Origin: Psammoneis japonica
Lineage: Eukaryota
Assembly (NCBI GenBank): GCA_008632985.1
Contig: QPGO01000025.1
Location: forward strand, 124,001 to 188,000
DNA: 64,000 nucleotides
Direction of reading: 5' to 3'
The position numbers were made by a program, and so were the translations under genes. Below the pieces are notes generated by a model, which saw only the letters and a list, made by a program, of their open reading frames with translations, was not told the origin of the DNA and ran no database searches. This document shows positions 48,377 through 60,829 of this stretch, piece after piece. Numbering within the stretch: position 1 is the first letter of the stretch; each line of letters begins with the position of its first letter.

Positions 48377-50646
48377 TTAGTCTCCTTTTTTATCTTCAGG
48401 AGCGAAATCGAGAAGAATCTGATCCGCCATGAGGGAGGATCCAACCGTCAAGCGACACTTGGCTACAACCCCGGACCGCGGCGCACGAATCACGTTTTGC
48501 ATCTTCATGGCTTCCACAATGCACACTTCTTGTCCCTCCTCCACGACATCACCCTCTTGGACGGCATAGGAAATGAGCGTACCAGGCATTGGACTTGTAA
48601 TGTAATTGCTCATGTCGACATGACGGGGAGGATGCATGTGCTTGGATAATTCGTATTCACGCATGCTTTGAATAATAATGACCAAGTTGGCACCCATGTA
48701 CTGCAAATGCATGGTTCCCATCTTGTCGAAACCCAGAATCTGAAGCGTCGATGGAGTCGTACTGTCAAAGGCAATCTTGGCCAAGACGCCGTCAATCTTC
48801 ATGGGCTCGTGTACATGTACGGTCCAATCCGTGTCGTCCTTTTCTTCTCCGTCCAATCTCGTGACGGCAAAGGACGTTTCGCTATTGGCAACAACACGAT
48901 AGGCAGGATCAAACATGCCACCCAATCGAACCACCATTTCTTCTTGGCCATCAAGGACAGGTGGAAGACCCAACTTGATTTCCTTGTCCTTGTAGATTTG
49001 ACTCGCCGCCACAACAAACTGCGCCTTGGCTGTATCATTCAGCTCGACACCCTTCCATCCATCCGGAAAGTGCATGGGCAAAAAGCTCGTGGGTGTGTTG
49101 CCCTTTTGAAATTCAACGTGTCGCAACACATCGCTGCAAAGACGTGCATTGTGCTGGACGCCTCCAATGACATAATTGTCCAGAGCCTCCACCAATCCAT
49201 CGACAGCTTCTTGACGATTGTTGGGGGAATAGCTAATCACCTTGGAAAGCATAGGGTCGTATAGAGGCGTCACGACAAAGCCACTCGTCACGCCCGAATC
49301 GACACGAATGCCAGGAATATCCGTGGGTTCTTGGTACGGAACGAGTGGACCCGTGCTGGGTAGGAATCCTCGGAGTGGGTCTGTGTTGTGTGAGAATGAG
49401 AAATGGTAAGAGTCATATGATGAATAAAACCATGTCAATAACACCAATCAAAATGAAATTCGTACTCACCTTCTGCATAAATTCTCGCTTCCAGCGCGTG
49501 TCCCTTGTGTGGCATAAAGACATGAGTTTGTCCAGACGGCGGCTTGCATTCCTCTGGCAATCCCCAACCGGCACCGACATACAGCATACCCTTTACCAAA
49601 TCCACATTGTTAGACACGGCTTCTGTAATGGGATGTTCGACCTGCAGACGAGTGTTCATTTCCAAAAAGAAAAAATTCTGGTCCTTGTCCACCAAAAACT
49701 CGACGGTACCCGCACTGGTGTAATCGACTTCCTTGACCAACTCCACCACTTGCTTCATCATTCGCTCTCGCGTCGACTCCAAGAGCAGGCACGAGGGTGA
49801 TTCTTCAATAATTTTTTGATTGCGTCTCTGAATCGAACATTCCCGTTCACAAAAGACGGCCGCCTCCAATTCACCACTATCCGGCGCATGTCCCGCCAAT
49901 ACTTGAAACTCGATATGATGAGGATTCTCCATATACTTTTCAATCAACAAGTCGTCATTGGCAAAAAACTTGATGGCTTCCTGCGTCGCCACGCCGTGAG
50001 CTTCCATGACTTGAGCATCATTGTAACAAACACGCATTCCCTTACCACCGCCACCGGCCGCCGCTTTGAGTAAAATGGGATAGCCCACCTCTTGGGCCAC
50101 TTGAACGGCGTGATGAGCGTCTCGAATAATCCCGTCATGTCCCGCCAACACGTTGACGCCCGCCTTTTTGGCAATTTCCTTGGACGCCAACTTGTCTCCC
50201 ATGTTGGAAATGGCCTGAGCGGATGGTCCCAACCACGTGGCGTCGGTTTCGTTTTCAATGAGTTGAGCAAAATTCGCATTTTCCGAAAGAAACCCATATC
50301 CCGGATGGACGGCTTGCGATCCCGTCGAGACGATGGCTTCTTGAATGGCGTCTGTGTTCAAATAATTGGTTCCAATACAAACACTATGCGTCGCTTGCTG
50401 CACAAAGGGAGACTTGGCATCGGCCGTCGTGTAAATGGCCACGGTTTCGATTCCCAATTCTTGGCATGTTTTCTGCACACGCAACGCGATTTCGCCACGA
50501 TTGCAAACCATAACACGATCAAATGGGCGTTGTATTTCGCTGTTGGCGTGTAGAGACGATAAGGATCTTGCCGCATATTGCTGTACGAGTCGACGTGTGG
50601 CTTGTCGCCGAGACGAGCTTAACAAGGCCGACAACATCATTGTCAT
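48377..50646 (-). CDS. PCCA: Propionyl-CoA carboxylase alpha chain, mitochondrial (2 exons; intron 49381-49469)
   Basis: NRGEIA, HPGYGFLSEN, GGGGKGMR, RECSIQRRNQK, EMNTRLQVEH, spliced YAEDPLRGFLPS, biotin motif EAMKMQN and an Arg/Ser-rich transit peptide. Confidence 0.92.
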
Positions 50647-50982
50647 GAGAATTTCTTTGTTTCCTCAAAAGAGAAAGATTCGTTCGTGTGCCGATGGCAG
50701 AAGGCAGAAAAAGATTGCCGATCGATCGATGAGAACCCTCCTACGTGAAATGTACGTACAAATTCCACCTGTGTAGGATATACGTTGCTTCTGGTACTCA
50801 AGATATGCGAACTCTGGGGGGGCAGAAATAGTTCCATTTCTACATATCACATATTCATTTTTTTATGTAAAATTTTGTGTCGGAGATTCGGATTAACCCA
50901 AAAAATCCCCCCGTCTTCATTGGCCTCTCCCGCCTTCCAGTTCCTCCGCTCGCCGCCACCCACAACAAAAACAGCAGGCAAC

Positions 50983-52001
50983 ATGACAACAACAACAGTC
51001 GAAGACGAATTGGAATGGGAAGAATGGGATGGGATTGTACCCTTTGGCATCATTGCATTGCTGGATCTACCGCCGGTGTGATGGAACACACGCTCTTGTA
51101 TCCCATGGATACCGTGAAAACACACCTTCAATGTTCCGCCTGTCCCCATCGGGGTTCGGTAGCAGCACGTACGAGTAACAGTACCGGGCTCTACAGCAAA
51201 TCATCTTTTCCTGCAACACCCGCCAAATCACTTTCTTCCACCATGAGACAAATCATGTCATCTACCGCGACATACAACAACGACAGTACTACATCTACAC
51301 GTCGATTGTTTAGGGCAACACGTCTCTGGCGTGGTGTGCAATCCATGGTGGTGGGTTGTATCCCTGCCCACGCATTGTATTTTTCATCCTACGAAATCAT
51401 CAAGCAAAAATACGGCTCGACTCATCATTGGGGAATGGCGGCGGCCGGTGCGGCAGCCACCATGAGTCACGACGTCATTATGACACCACTGGATACCGTC
51501 AAGCAACGCTTGCAATTGGGACATTATCAAAACATGACGCATGCACTCCGCGAGATTTACAAGACGGAAGGACTCGCGACGGGTCTCTACAAGAGTTTTC
51601 CAGTTACGCTTCTCACCAACATTCCCTATGGAGCCATCATGGTGTCTACCAATGAAGCTTGCAAACAAATGTTGACCAAGGAACACGAAACTCTGTCCTT
51701 GTCGACTTGCATGATTTCTTCGAGTATTGCAGGCATGGTGGCTGCCGCCACCACGACGCCGCTCGACCGCATCAAGACGGTTCTTCAGACGCAGCAATTG
51801 CAACCCGCCTGTGATTTGGGTGCCTGTCCCAAACTATCGTCTTCCTTGTCCTTTCGAAAGGCTGTCGTTATGATTTTCAAGCAAGAAGGACTGGCGGGCT
51901 TTTGGCGTGGTTGGGTACCGCGTGTTGTAACGCACACGCCGGCTGTGGCAATTTCGTGGACAACCTATGAAACCGCCAAGCAGTGGTTGGCGAGAATGTA
52001 A
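50983..52001 (+). CDS. Mitochondrial carrier, mitoferrin (MRS3/4)-like; 1-nt frameshift at ~51044
   Basis: AGVMEHTLLYPMDTVKT, GCIPAHALYFSSYE, TPLDTVKQRLQ and TTPLDRIKT. The N-terminus MTTTTVEDELEWEEWDG joins FWHHCIAG if one T is added to the TTT run. Confidence 0.9.
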
Positions 52002-52249
52002 AAAATGCTTAACAAGTTTTTTTAGTAAACAAGAATACTGCTCTTATAGACTCTAGTAGTTGTGCAAGTACTTCTATTACGACATCACTGCCCAACTGCT
52101 GAATAGTGTGTGCTACAACACCGCTCCCGGACCACTCATCACTGCCATCCCATCATCGTCATTTATTACCGTCATTTATCACCCCACGAAACCGCCAAGA
52201 GCAAGAACGCCACTGTCAGCGAATAAACACCGATGCAGCAGTTAGGACA

Positions 52250-55200
52250 TGCCCATGCCTTGAAGATGAGAGCAAGCACTTCCAGCAACACAGCCAACAT
52301 GAACCTGGTCATCACACCACGATTGTGATCTTGAACGCATGCAAGGTCACAAGCAATGACTGTCCCAATGAGGGGCAGAACACACCATCAGAATGCCCTT
52401 GACCCCAGCATGAAACTGCAGTCACCGTGCAGATTTGTCCACATGCAACATTCTCTCCATGAGAGACAAACCACACCAAGCACTCGTGTTGATGTGTGAG
52501 TCTAACGTGTGTGTGGCATTGGCATTGGGACACCACTGGAAACCAAACAAACACAGTTTCCTGTGCCACTCTCCAGCTCTCAGCTTTGTCAACAGATCCA
52601 CCGACAAGCTCACACCATCTTCCTTTTCCACTTGAATGATTCCAGCCACACTGCCACAGCCTCACAACAGCTGCACATTGTGCTTCTTGTGTGGCAGGCA
52701 TGCCACTCATGCATGCAAAACATGCTGAGTTGCTCATTTTTTCCATTTGGCAACAACTGCGCCCCAACCATGCTTGTGTGAATTGTCCTTGGTGGGCTCA
52801 TTTCACGTGACTGATGACACATGGGCAAGCAGCTCTGGTGCAAACTCTCCAAGGTTGCCAGATGTGGCCAAGTGTCAAATTGGAAACACCCAGCAAACTG
52901 ATCAAAAGGAGCTGACATTGTGTGTGCATGTGCATGGGAAGTTGGAGCAGCAGCCACATCTTCAGGAAGAGTGTGAGACAACAACTCCATCTCTGTTCAC
53001 CCCTGGACTGCATGTCCTGCCCAGGCTTCTTGCAAGCAACCTCTCATTTCCTCTTTCTGAATTTCCTGCCCCAGGCTTTTGTGGGTGTTGGCTTCATTCT
53101 GTAAGGAGGCTCTTGTTTTTGAGAATGTTGCGTGCCCAAAAAAGGTTGCCCAGCTTCAAAGCTTGGTCATGTCTGTGCTCTGGCATCTCACAAACAAGCC
53201 ATTTGTGAGATGTTGCTGCCTCATTCAGCCTTTTCCACTCCAACAAGGTGCCCCCCCCCATGCACCAAGAAGAGAGCAGCTCCTGCACAATGTCACATCT
53301 CTGAACAAAAGTTGACAAAAGGCTGGCCACCTTCTGCTGTGCACAGCAGTGTTTTCTCTTCCTGCTTGGCTTGCTTCTTGATGCTCTCTCCAGCAGACAA
53401 GCAAAAACACAAACAAAGAGCTGCCCTTTCGGCAAAAACAACAAATGCCTCACACATGGTGCAGTGCACACCACGCACCACAGATCATTTTGCTCACCCA
53501 AAATGCAAACCAGCTGGGCTTCTGCATCCCTACCACCAGCTTCAGGAATCTGTTTTCACACTTTGCTGCATCATCTAAATCAGCAATTTTCCCACCAGCA
53601 AGTTTGCAAAGAGAGTGCATCAAACCCCACATCTTTTGGCACTTTGTGCTGCATTGGCAACAACAGCAGATTTGTGAGCAAGAGAAAATGGCCCAGCTGG
53701 TTGCAGGGTCACATGACAATGATGCAGTGCTGCAATTTTTTTCTCTCCTTGTTTTTGGCAGAGGAGATTTTCCTCTTTCACGACCCACAGCTTTCACATT
53801 TCAGGCTGTCAGCTCTTGCCTCCTCCTCCTCACTGCAACAAAAAAAGCTCTTTCACCTCCCCAAACAACTTTCATTTCCAAGCCTGACCATGCACTTCCA
53901 TGTTGCAGTCTCCAACAGTCATCTGTTCTTTGCACACTTTTTGGGCAGGTTCAAGAGCCAAGCCTCAAATGCCCTGGGAGATGGGGCACCACCTTGGCTT
54001 GCACACTTCCACCTGCCCTCATTGCTGCTGGCAACCATGTGACAGCAACAACAACAACAACCACAGGATTTGGAGCTTGCCCCTCTTTCTCTTAACTCAC
54101 CTGGTTGTCAATCTGTGGCTGTGTCTTCTCACCCTCCATCTCCTCCTTCTTGCTGTGGGAAACACCTGCAAGAGAGACTCAGCCTTCTTGGACAAAGGAT
54201 CTTGACCTTCTGCAGCCTGACTTTCATTTCTTTTGTCTCCTCAGTGTGAGCAAGAACAACAGCTGAAAATGGCCAGCCACCTCCAACCCCGCGGAAGATG
54301 GAGAAAAAGATGAGCAGATGTGAGCCAGTCTTTTGCGCTGCCAAACCTTTTGCTGCTGCCCACTTTTCTGGCCAAAGACAGCAAGCCATTGCTCTGCCCT
54401 CCTCTCTCACAATGCAGTGGAGGGAGAAAAAAAGACAAACAAACACAAGCCAGCCTTGTGTGCTGCTGAATTTTTCACCACCACTTTTCCATTGGCATTT
54501 CACTTTTGGGCTCTTGCCTGTGCCTGGGAGTCTGATGAGCTGACTCCATCTTTTTTCACCAAGATGTTGTCAGCATGTCATGGCATTTTGCGCTCACAAC
54601 CCAATGATGACACCACGCTGCTCCCAGCGTGCATGGATGGCTTCAGCCAAGCTGTTGCAACAGCTTGAAATGGTCTGATCCCCCTGCTGCACTGCTGGTG
54701 TGCTGCTGGGAGTGTGGGCTGGCTTGTGTTTTGCCAGAGTTGCAGGGTGGAAGTGCAGCAGCACCTCAAATGTGGAATTTGGGTTTTGTTCTTGAAATGG
54801 TCTGATTGACTGCAGACAAAAGCATTGTCCACAATTGCTTGGTCCAGACCTGTGGTGGCGGAAGGCAGTCTCTTTGGGGTGCAAAGACATTGAGCATGGC
54901 GTGATGGAAAAAATGTGAGTGAGTTTGAGCCAGCCTTGTGTGCTGGGACTTCTTCTGCCACCGCCCACTTTTCTGGCCAAAGGCAGGGTGCTGCTGCTCC
55001 CCACTCCCACACGTCAGAGGGAGAAAAAGACAAGCAAATGCAGGCCAGAGACTTGTGTGCTGCCAAGTCTCTTTTGGCGCCACTTTTCCATTGCCCATTT
55101 TTGCTTTTGGATCTCAGCTGTGCCGAGAAGTTTGTTCAGCCAATTTTCCATTTTTCTTTCATCCTCGATCCAGACAAGAGCAGCCAAAAAACAGCGCTCT

Positions 55201-55440
55201 CTCTCTTGGTCTCTTGGATGATCCCAAGGCACAGCACATCACACACAACTGGCACGCCACAATCTCACATCACCACCCAACAAACTGGTGCAAAACAGAT
55301 GAAACTCACCCACCTTGTGCTTGATGCTCAATGCAGGCACTGGTGCGAGCATGCCCAGTGCACCACAGCACGTGTCACAAACTATGTGGCAATCCTACAC
55401 TGTGAGGAACTGAGCGAGATGCCGGCACGAGCATCCTCGC
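52250..55440. other. TpA/CpG-depleted repeat domain 5 (decayed unclassified element; internal direct repeat ~54315-54500 vs ~54920-55100)
   Basis: TA-poor. gcccacttttctggccaaag and ccacttttccattg are shared by the two internal copies. Confidence 0.85.
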
Positions 55441-55614
55441 GGGGGGGGGGCTCATTATTTTGAACAAGAAGTTTCTCTCAAAAATCTAAAAAATCGCCAA
55501 TGCATTTAAAACATGTAAAAAAATCGCCAATCCATCTCAAATATCACAAATTCGCCTCAAAAAAGTCACTCGGAATGTATACCTTACATTCGCAATAGCA
55601 ACAACGCAACAACC

Positions 55615-56361
55615 ATGGACGACGACGACGACTCGACAATACGGTACGATTCACCTCGAGAGGATGAAGACGAAGAGGAAGAAGACGAAGATGAGGAAGA
55701 AGAAGATGACGACGATTTACCAGATGAAGAAGAATCAGATGTCAACAACACCATCGCGAACGGGTTGACGCTGATTCGAGCCTGCCCCAATTTAGACCAG
55801 CTCTCGGGATTGCGTCAAGTGGGCAAGGACGCTGTGTGTTGGTCGCTTTCGAGTGCCAAACCCGGTAATGGCGTGCAGCAGATTCGTGATGACAGCTTTG
55901 AAACCTATTGGCAATCCGACGGAGCACAGCCCCACTCGATTTTGATTCAATTTTCACGCCGTACCAGCATTTCGCATGTATGTCTGTATTTGGATTATAG
56001 TCTGGACGAGAGTTATACACCCAAACAAGTTTTGATTGAAACAGGCATGACGACACAGGATTTGCAACCGTCAACTACGACAGTAGTGGAATTGCAAGAA
56101 CCAGTCGGATGGTGCATCATTCCACTGACGCCACCACAAGATCCATTACAGGATGACGATACTGATTCTGCAATTGTTCACAAAACACACGTGGTACAGA
56201 TTGGTATTCCCAGCATGCATCAAAACGGTCGTGATACGCACATTCGACAAGTCAAGCTCTTTGGACCAAAGCGACAACGAAAACAGCATGATCCATATCG
56301 TTTGGAGGCGTCGCCGGAATTTTCCACGGTGGAAGCGTCGCAGTTTGCAGAAATTCGATAG
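55615..56361 (+). CDS. APC10: Anaphase-promoting complex subunit 10 (DOC domain)
   Basis: WSLSSAKPGNGV, TYWQSDGAQPH, DESYTP and HQNGRDTHIRQ, with the C-terminal IR tail. Confidence 0.96.
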   Translation: MDDDDDSTIRYDSPREDEDEEEEDEDEEEEDDDDLPDEEESDVNNTIANGLTLIRACPNLDQLSGLRQVGKDAVCWSLSSAKPGNGVQQIRDDSFETYWQSDGAQPHSILIQFSRRTSISHVCLYLDYSLDESYTPKQVLIETGMTTQDLQPSTTTVVELQEPVGWCIIPLTPPQDPLQDDDTDSAIVHKTHVVQIGIPSMHQNGRDTHIRQVKLFGPKRQRKQHDPYRLEASPEFSTVEASQFAEIR

Positions 56362-56878
56362 TTTTCTCTGAGATGCAGAAGAGAAGCTTACGTACGAGGG
56401 TCATTGGGGAGGGAAACATTAGATAAGTAGTAAACTGAAACTTTTCAGAAGCGTGACTGTCTTCTATAGAGGTTTTACGCCGCCGAACTTCTCGGCAAGC
56501 TGCTCCAGTTCTCTACACTCTTCAGAGCACCGCTGACGGGTCGTCTCTGCAAGAAGGACACCTCCTTGTATACACGAGGCTGAAATGTGTATTGCCTATG
56601 TGTGAATGGAGAGATGAAAACCAATAAGCCTATTGACTTACACTTCCGCTAGGGCCCTAGTTTTTAGTACGACCGGGACTGGCCAAGTGCTTTAGCACAT
56701 CACACTAGAAATTGGTCCTCTCGGACTCTCGGAGCACAATGCGATACCAGGAAAGCAATTTCGTCGAGTATCTACTTCCTTTTTATGATACATTGCTAGC
56801 TAAGACTACTTTCTCTATCGAAAGCAAATCAGGCAAGCAGCAATCGAAACCTGCCACTTTCACGAACTGAGCAGTAAC

Positions 56879-59800
56879 TCAATTATACATGGCCATCGTG
56901 GCAGCCTTTAGATCACCCGTCTTGGATGTTTCCGCTTCACATGCGGTCGTCAAGTCGTCCATTGTCACTTTACGATCCTTTTCATCGACACGGAGTGCTG
57001 CATGAGTAGCGGCACGAAGCAATGAATTCTTAATGTCCCCGCCGCACATTGGAAATCGAACGGCTAGCTCCTTGATAGACACGTCCGACGCCAAGGGACA
57101 GTCGGATGGAATGAGTGACTTCCATAGCTCTTCTCGCTCGGAAACGGTTGGCATGTCAAAGTCCAGCACAAAGCGGAATCTGCGGAAAAAGGCTTCATCA
57201 ATGGCCTTCTTCATGTTTGTAATGACAATGCAGACTCCGGGGTGGTTTTCAATGTACTGCAACAAGAGACCAACATTCATAGTGTCGTGACGCCCAGCGG
57301 AGGACGATGTGCCTTCAGAACGAGAGCCAAAGAGTCCCTCAGCTTCGTCAAAGACTAGAACCGCGTCCTTCTTTTTGGCATCGGCAAAGACAGCCTGAAT
57401 GTTCTTGCCTGTGTCTCCAACCCATTTCGACACTAGCTCCGCCATATTGACAACCAAAAGGGGACGTGCGAGATCAAAGCCAATCGCCTCGGCCGCCATG
57501 GTTTTGCCCGTGCCGGGCAGTCCTGTAAACAAGGCACTGATGCCGGTTGTCGACCGATGAATCTTTTCAAAGCCCCACTGGCCGAATAAGACCGACTGAG
57601 CCTTGGTATACTGAACGATGCTACTGAGAGAGTTCTTGATCGTGGGCGTTAGCACCATGGACTCTAATCCACAAGTGGGGATAACGCGGCGGTCAAAGTC
57701 TTCCAGCGTCAGCTGTCCAATCACTTGTTCTCCAGCAGCCTGCATGAGATCTTCTTGACTAATCTTGTCTCCACCGCGCTGGACCATGAGACCAAGACTC
57801 TGTAGCCACGCATTTTTGATAAGACCTCCCGTCAGCTCGTACTTTTTGGCAAGCATACCAAAGTGAATGTCGTCCTCGAGGGGCACCTTGGGAGGACGGA
57901 GGGTCTTCCAAATCTTTTCTCTCATGATATGATCGGGCTTGCGAAACTCCATGGCTAGCGAGATGCGTCGATGCATAGCCTCATCCAAGTCATGAGCTCT
58001 ATTGGTGGCGAGAATGCACAAGCCATCAAATCGCTCCAGTTCCGTCAATATCATGTTCACAGACGAATGACCGCCCTTGTTTCTATCCATGAATAAAGAC
58101 TCGCATTCGTCAAAGAATAGAACCGCACGATTGATGCGGGCTTCACGAAATAGAAACTTGAGGATTGCACCCGACTGATTTGTGCCAAGGTCAGGAAAGT
58201 TGACAAGGAGAACCTTCTTTTTGAGCTTGGTGGCAACGGCATTTGCAAGCATTGTCTTGCCTCTGTGACGTGGAATTACATTTCGTGGGTAAGATCGGAA
58301 GAACGAAAGTTTAGACATAAAACAAGAAATGATTCACTTACGTTCCGCTGCTTCCATAGAAGAGCAACACTTGCCCCAGTCCGTAGGTAATCTTTTTGTC
58401 AACCTCGTATTCAAAATACTTGGATTTGACCTTTTCGAAATTCAACACGGCATCGCAAATTCGCTTCTTGGTTTCGGCAGGAATGATAACATCATCTAGC
58501 TCCACATCAGGCAGGTAGAGGTGGGAACCGTCGACAATCTCACTCATTTCCGTATCAAGGCCAACGAGATAATCAAATAGACGCCGGTCGAGCTGCACAG
58601 TGCCAAAAGAAGCAAGGAGAACGCGTTAGTGAAGTATCAGAAATTCTGTAAGTCGTATCGTCTAATACGCACCTCCACATTGCAGTTTGACAAGTCCGTC
58701 ATAAAATCCTGTTGGGAGAGTGTAAGAATTCCCTCTCGAATCAAAGTGCCTGACTTGTAAAAGAAGCGACGACTCATCATTCGGTCTTCCAATGTAAAGC
58801 AGAAAGACTCAATCAGTTCACCAACTTGGGCAGAACGAGTAAACTTCCTTTTTGACGCATACGGGTTGTTAAGGTCAATCGGCGGGGCGATAGTTGACTT
58901 GAGCATCTCTAAAAGACAACACTTTTCGAATTTCTCAAGACACAGAGCGGCACACAGCTGTTCTAGCCGAAAATAACGACCAGTTTCAAGCCGACTAGCG
59001 TTAATCTTCATTCGAATCTTGTCTCGGAGCTGCTTCACAATACTTTCAAGCCTTTCAGCCTTTTTCTCCTCCTTGAGTCTTTCAGTTGGAGTCCTTCCCG
59101 TAATTTTCTTCCGCATATTCATTGGCAACATCTCATATTCTAACTCCGGGATATCATCATTCTCGAGGCCGTGTGACTCTGCAAAGTTAGCATCGTCAAG
59201 CTTGCGATCGGCGAGAGACTGCTTGAGCCTCCCTAGGCTCGCTTCTTTTCGAATTAGCGTAATCTGGTCTTCCAGGTATGCAAGTTCAGACTTGTATGGA
59301 CCATAATCATCCTTGACCTTTGTCTCTTTGTCGCCATCAACCTTGGTCTCTTCTTTTCCTTTTTCCTCTGCTGTTGACGCTTCGGCTGTCTCTGGCTCGT
59401 CTTTGGTATGCGGCAACTTTCGTTCCTGCTCTGCAGCCTGTGATAAAATGTCAAAGATGCGATCTTTCATGGGAGCCCTATTGTCTCCAGTCTTTCCGGC
59501 ATCCTCCATCATTGCTTGCGCGATGAAAGACGGCGCTTGATCCATAGAGCCTTCGTTTGCCTTTTCACCCGCTTCTTCCATTTTCTTCTGATGAATAATT
59601 GTTTTTCCGGCCGTTGTCTCTTGAAACGCTTCATCCTCCAACAGAATCTTCTGAAGCATCGAGCTCCCTAGTGACCGGTACTGGGAGGCAGTAATTTCTA
59701 GCCCCATAAGTACACGCATGGTGGTTTCGTCGGCTCCGAAGAAATTCTGTCCATACCCAGCGAGAAGGTACAATTGTTCCGTTAACCATTTGGAAGATTC

Positions 59801-60526
59801 GTCATTCACCATGGGTATGAGGTTTGTTAGGGTTGCGCCCTCTTCTGCAAAGAGCTCACGAACTTGAGTCATGGAGTAAGCAAGAGCTCCGGAGGACCGC
59901 CCTCGCGCACTGAAGTTGAAGGTTGGCGTTTCGTATTCGCCCACAGTATTTGTGTTTCCCATGCCAGAATACCTCACGACCGTGTATCGAAACACCATCT
60001 TCTCCAGCTTGGTGGCCTCCAATGCATCCAGGAGTTTTTCCAAAACAGGTCGCTTCTTCATACTTTCAAGTTGAGAAGCACGTTTGGCTTCTAGTTCTTC
60101 GAAAAGGCCTCTCAACAGTGCTTCTAGCTTGCGACCTCTGGTGATAAGCTTCGAATTCGGAGAACCGACTGCATGACTCCGAAAAGAAACTACGCTTCCA
60201 GTGACACTTGCTGATACTCTGTGAATCATGGCGCGGAGGGTTTCAACGGCTACCAATGCTTCAAAATAATCATGATCTGTCACGAGTGCCTCGGATTCAC
60301 GAAAGCGGGTGACACACGCCGGAAGACAATAGGGCGGAATCTCTTTTGGCTTCTTCTCCTTTTCGCCGTTCTTCTCCTGCTTCTCATCGTCTTGCCCATC
60401 AGTCGTGCTGTCACCGTCAATCTCTGACATCAGTGCTTCAATCTGAACTTCATCCTTTTCCTTTCCTATTTCCCCTTTCTCGTTGGCTTGCCCGTTTTGG
60501 ACACCGTCACCGTTAGTCTCTGGCAT
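56879..60526 (-). CDS. Tandem AAA+ ATPase (3 exons: 60526-58673, 58592-58342, 58262-56879)
   Basis: Splicing two GT-AG introns yields Walker A GSSGTGKT with Walker B LFFDECE. The second domain has GLPGTGKT, LVFDEAE and IDEAFFRRF. The start codon was chosen at MPETNG and is uncertain. Confidence 0.9.
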
Positions 60527-60829
60527 TGTTTCTTGAGTAGTGTTTTTATGTTTTGCTTCTAGAGTTTGTTGTTTCGTGTTGTTCGTTGCAGCAACCATTG
60601 CCATCCACATCCAAAATCTGGAATCACAAGTCACAAGCGCAATGACCGTGAGTCGATTGAGTCGTGCATATCGATTCGAGATCCAATCTCCTGTATGTAG
60701 AAACCTACGTATTGGCAGTACAAAAGGAGCTTGCGCGACCTGGCCGTGGCACTGAACGGAGGCATACCGTACCGTACTTACAGTACCGTACAACATGCGC
60801 AATGCGGCACATTTTTTATTGCTTTTTTT

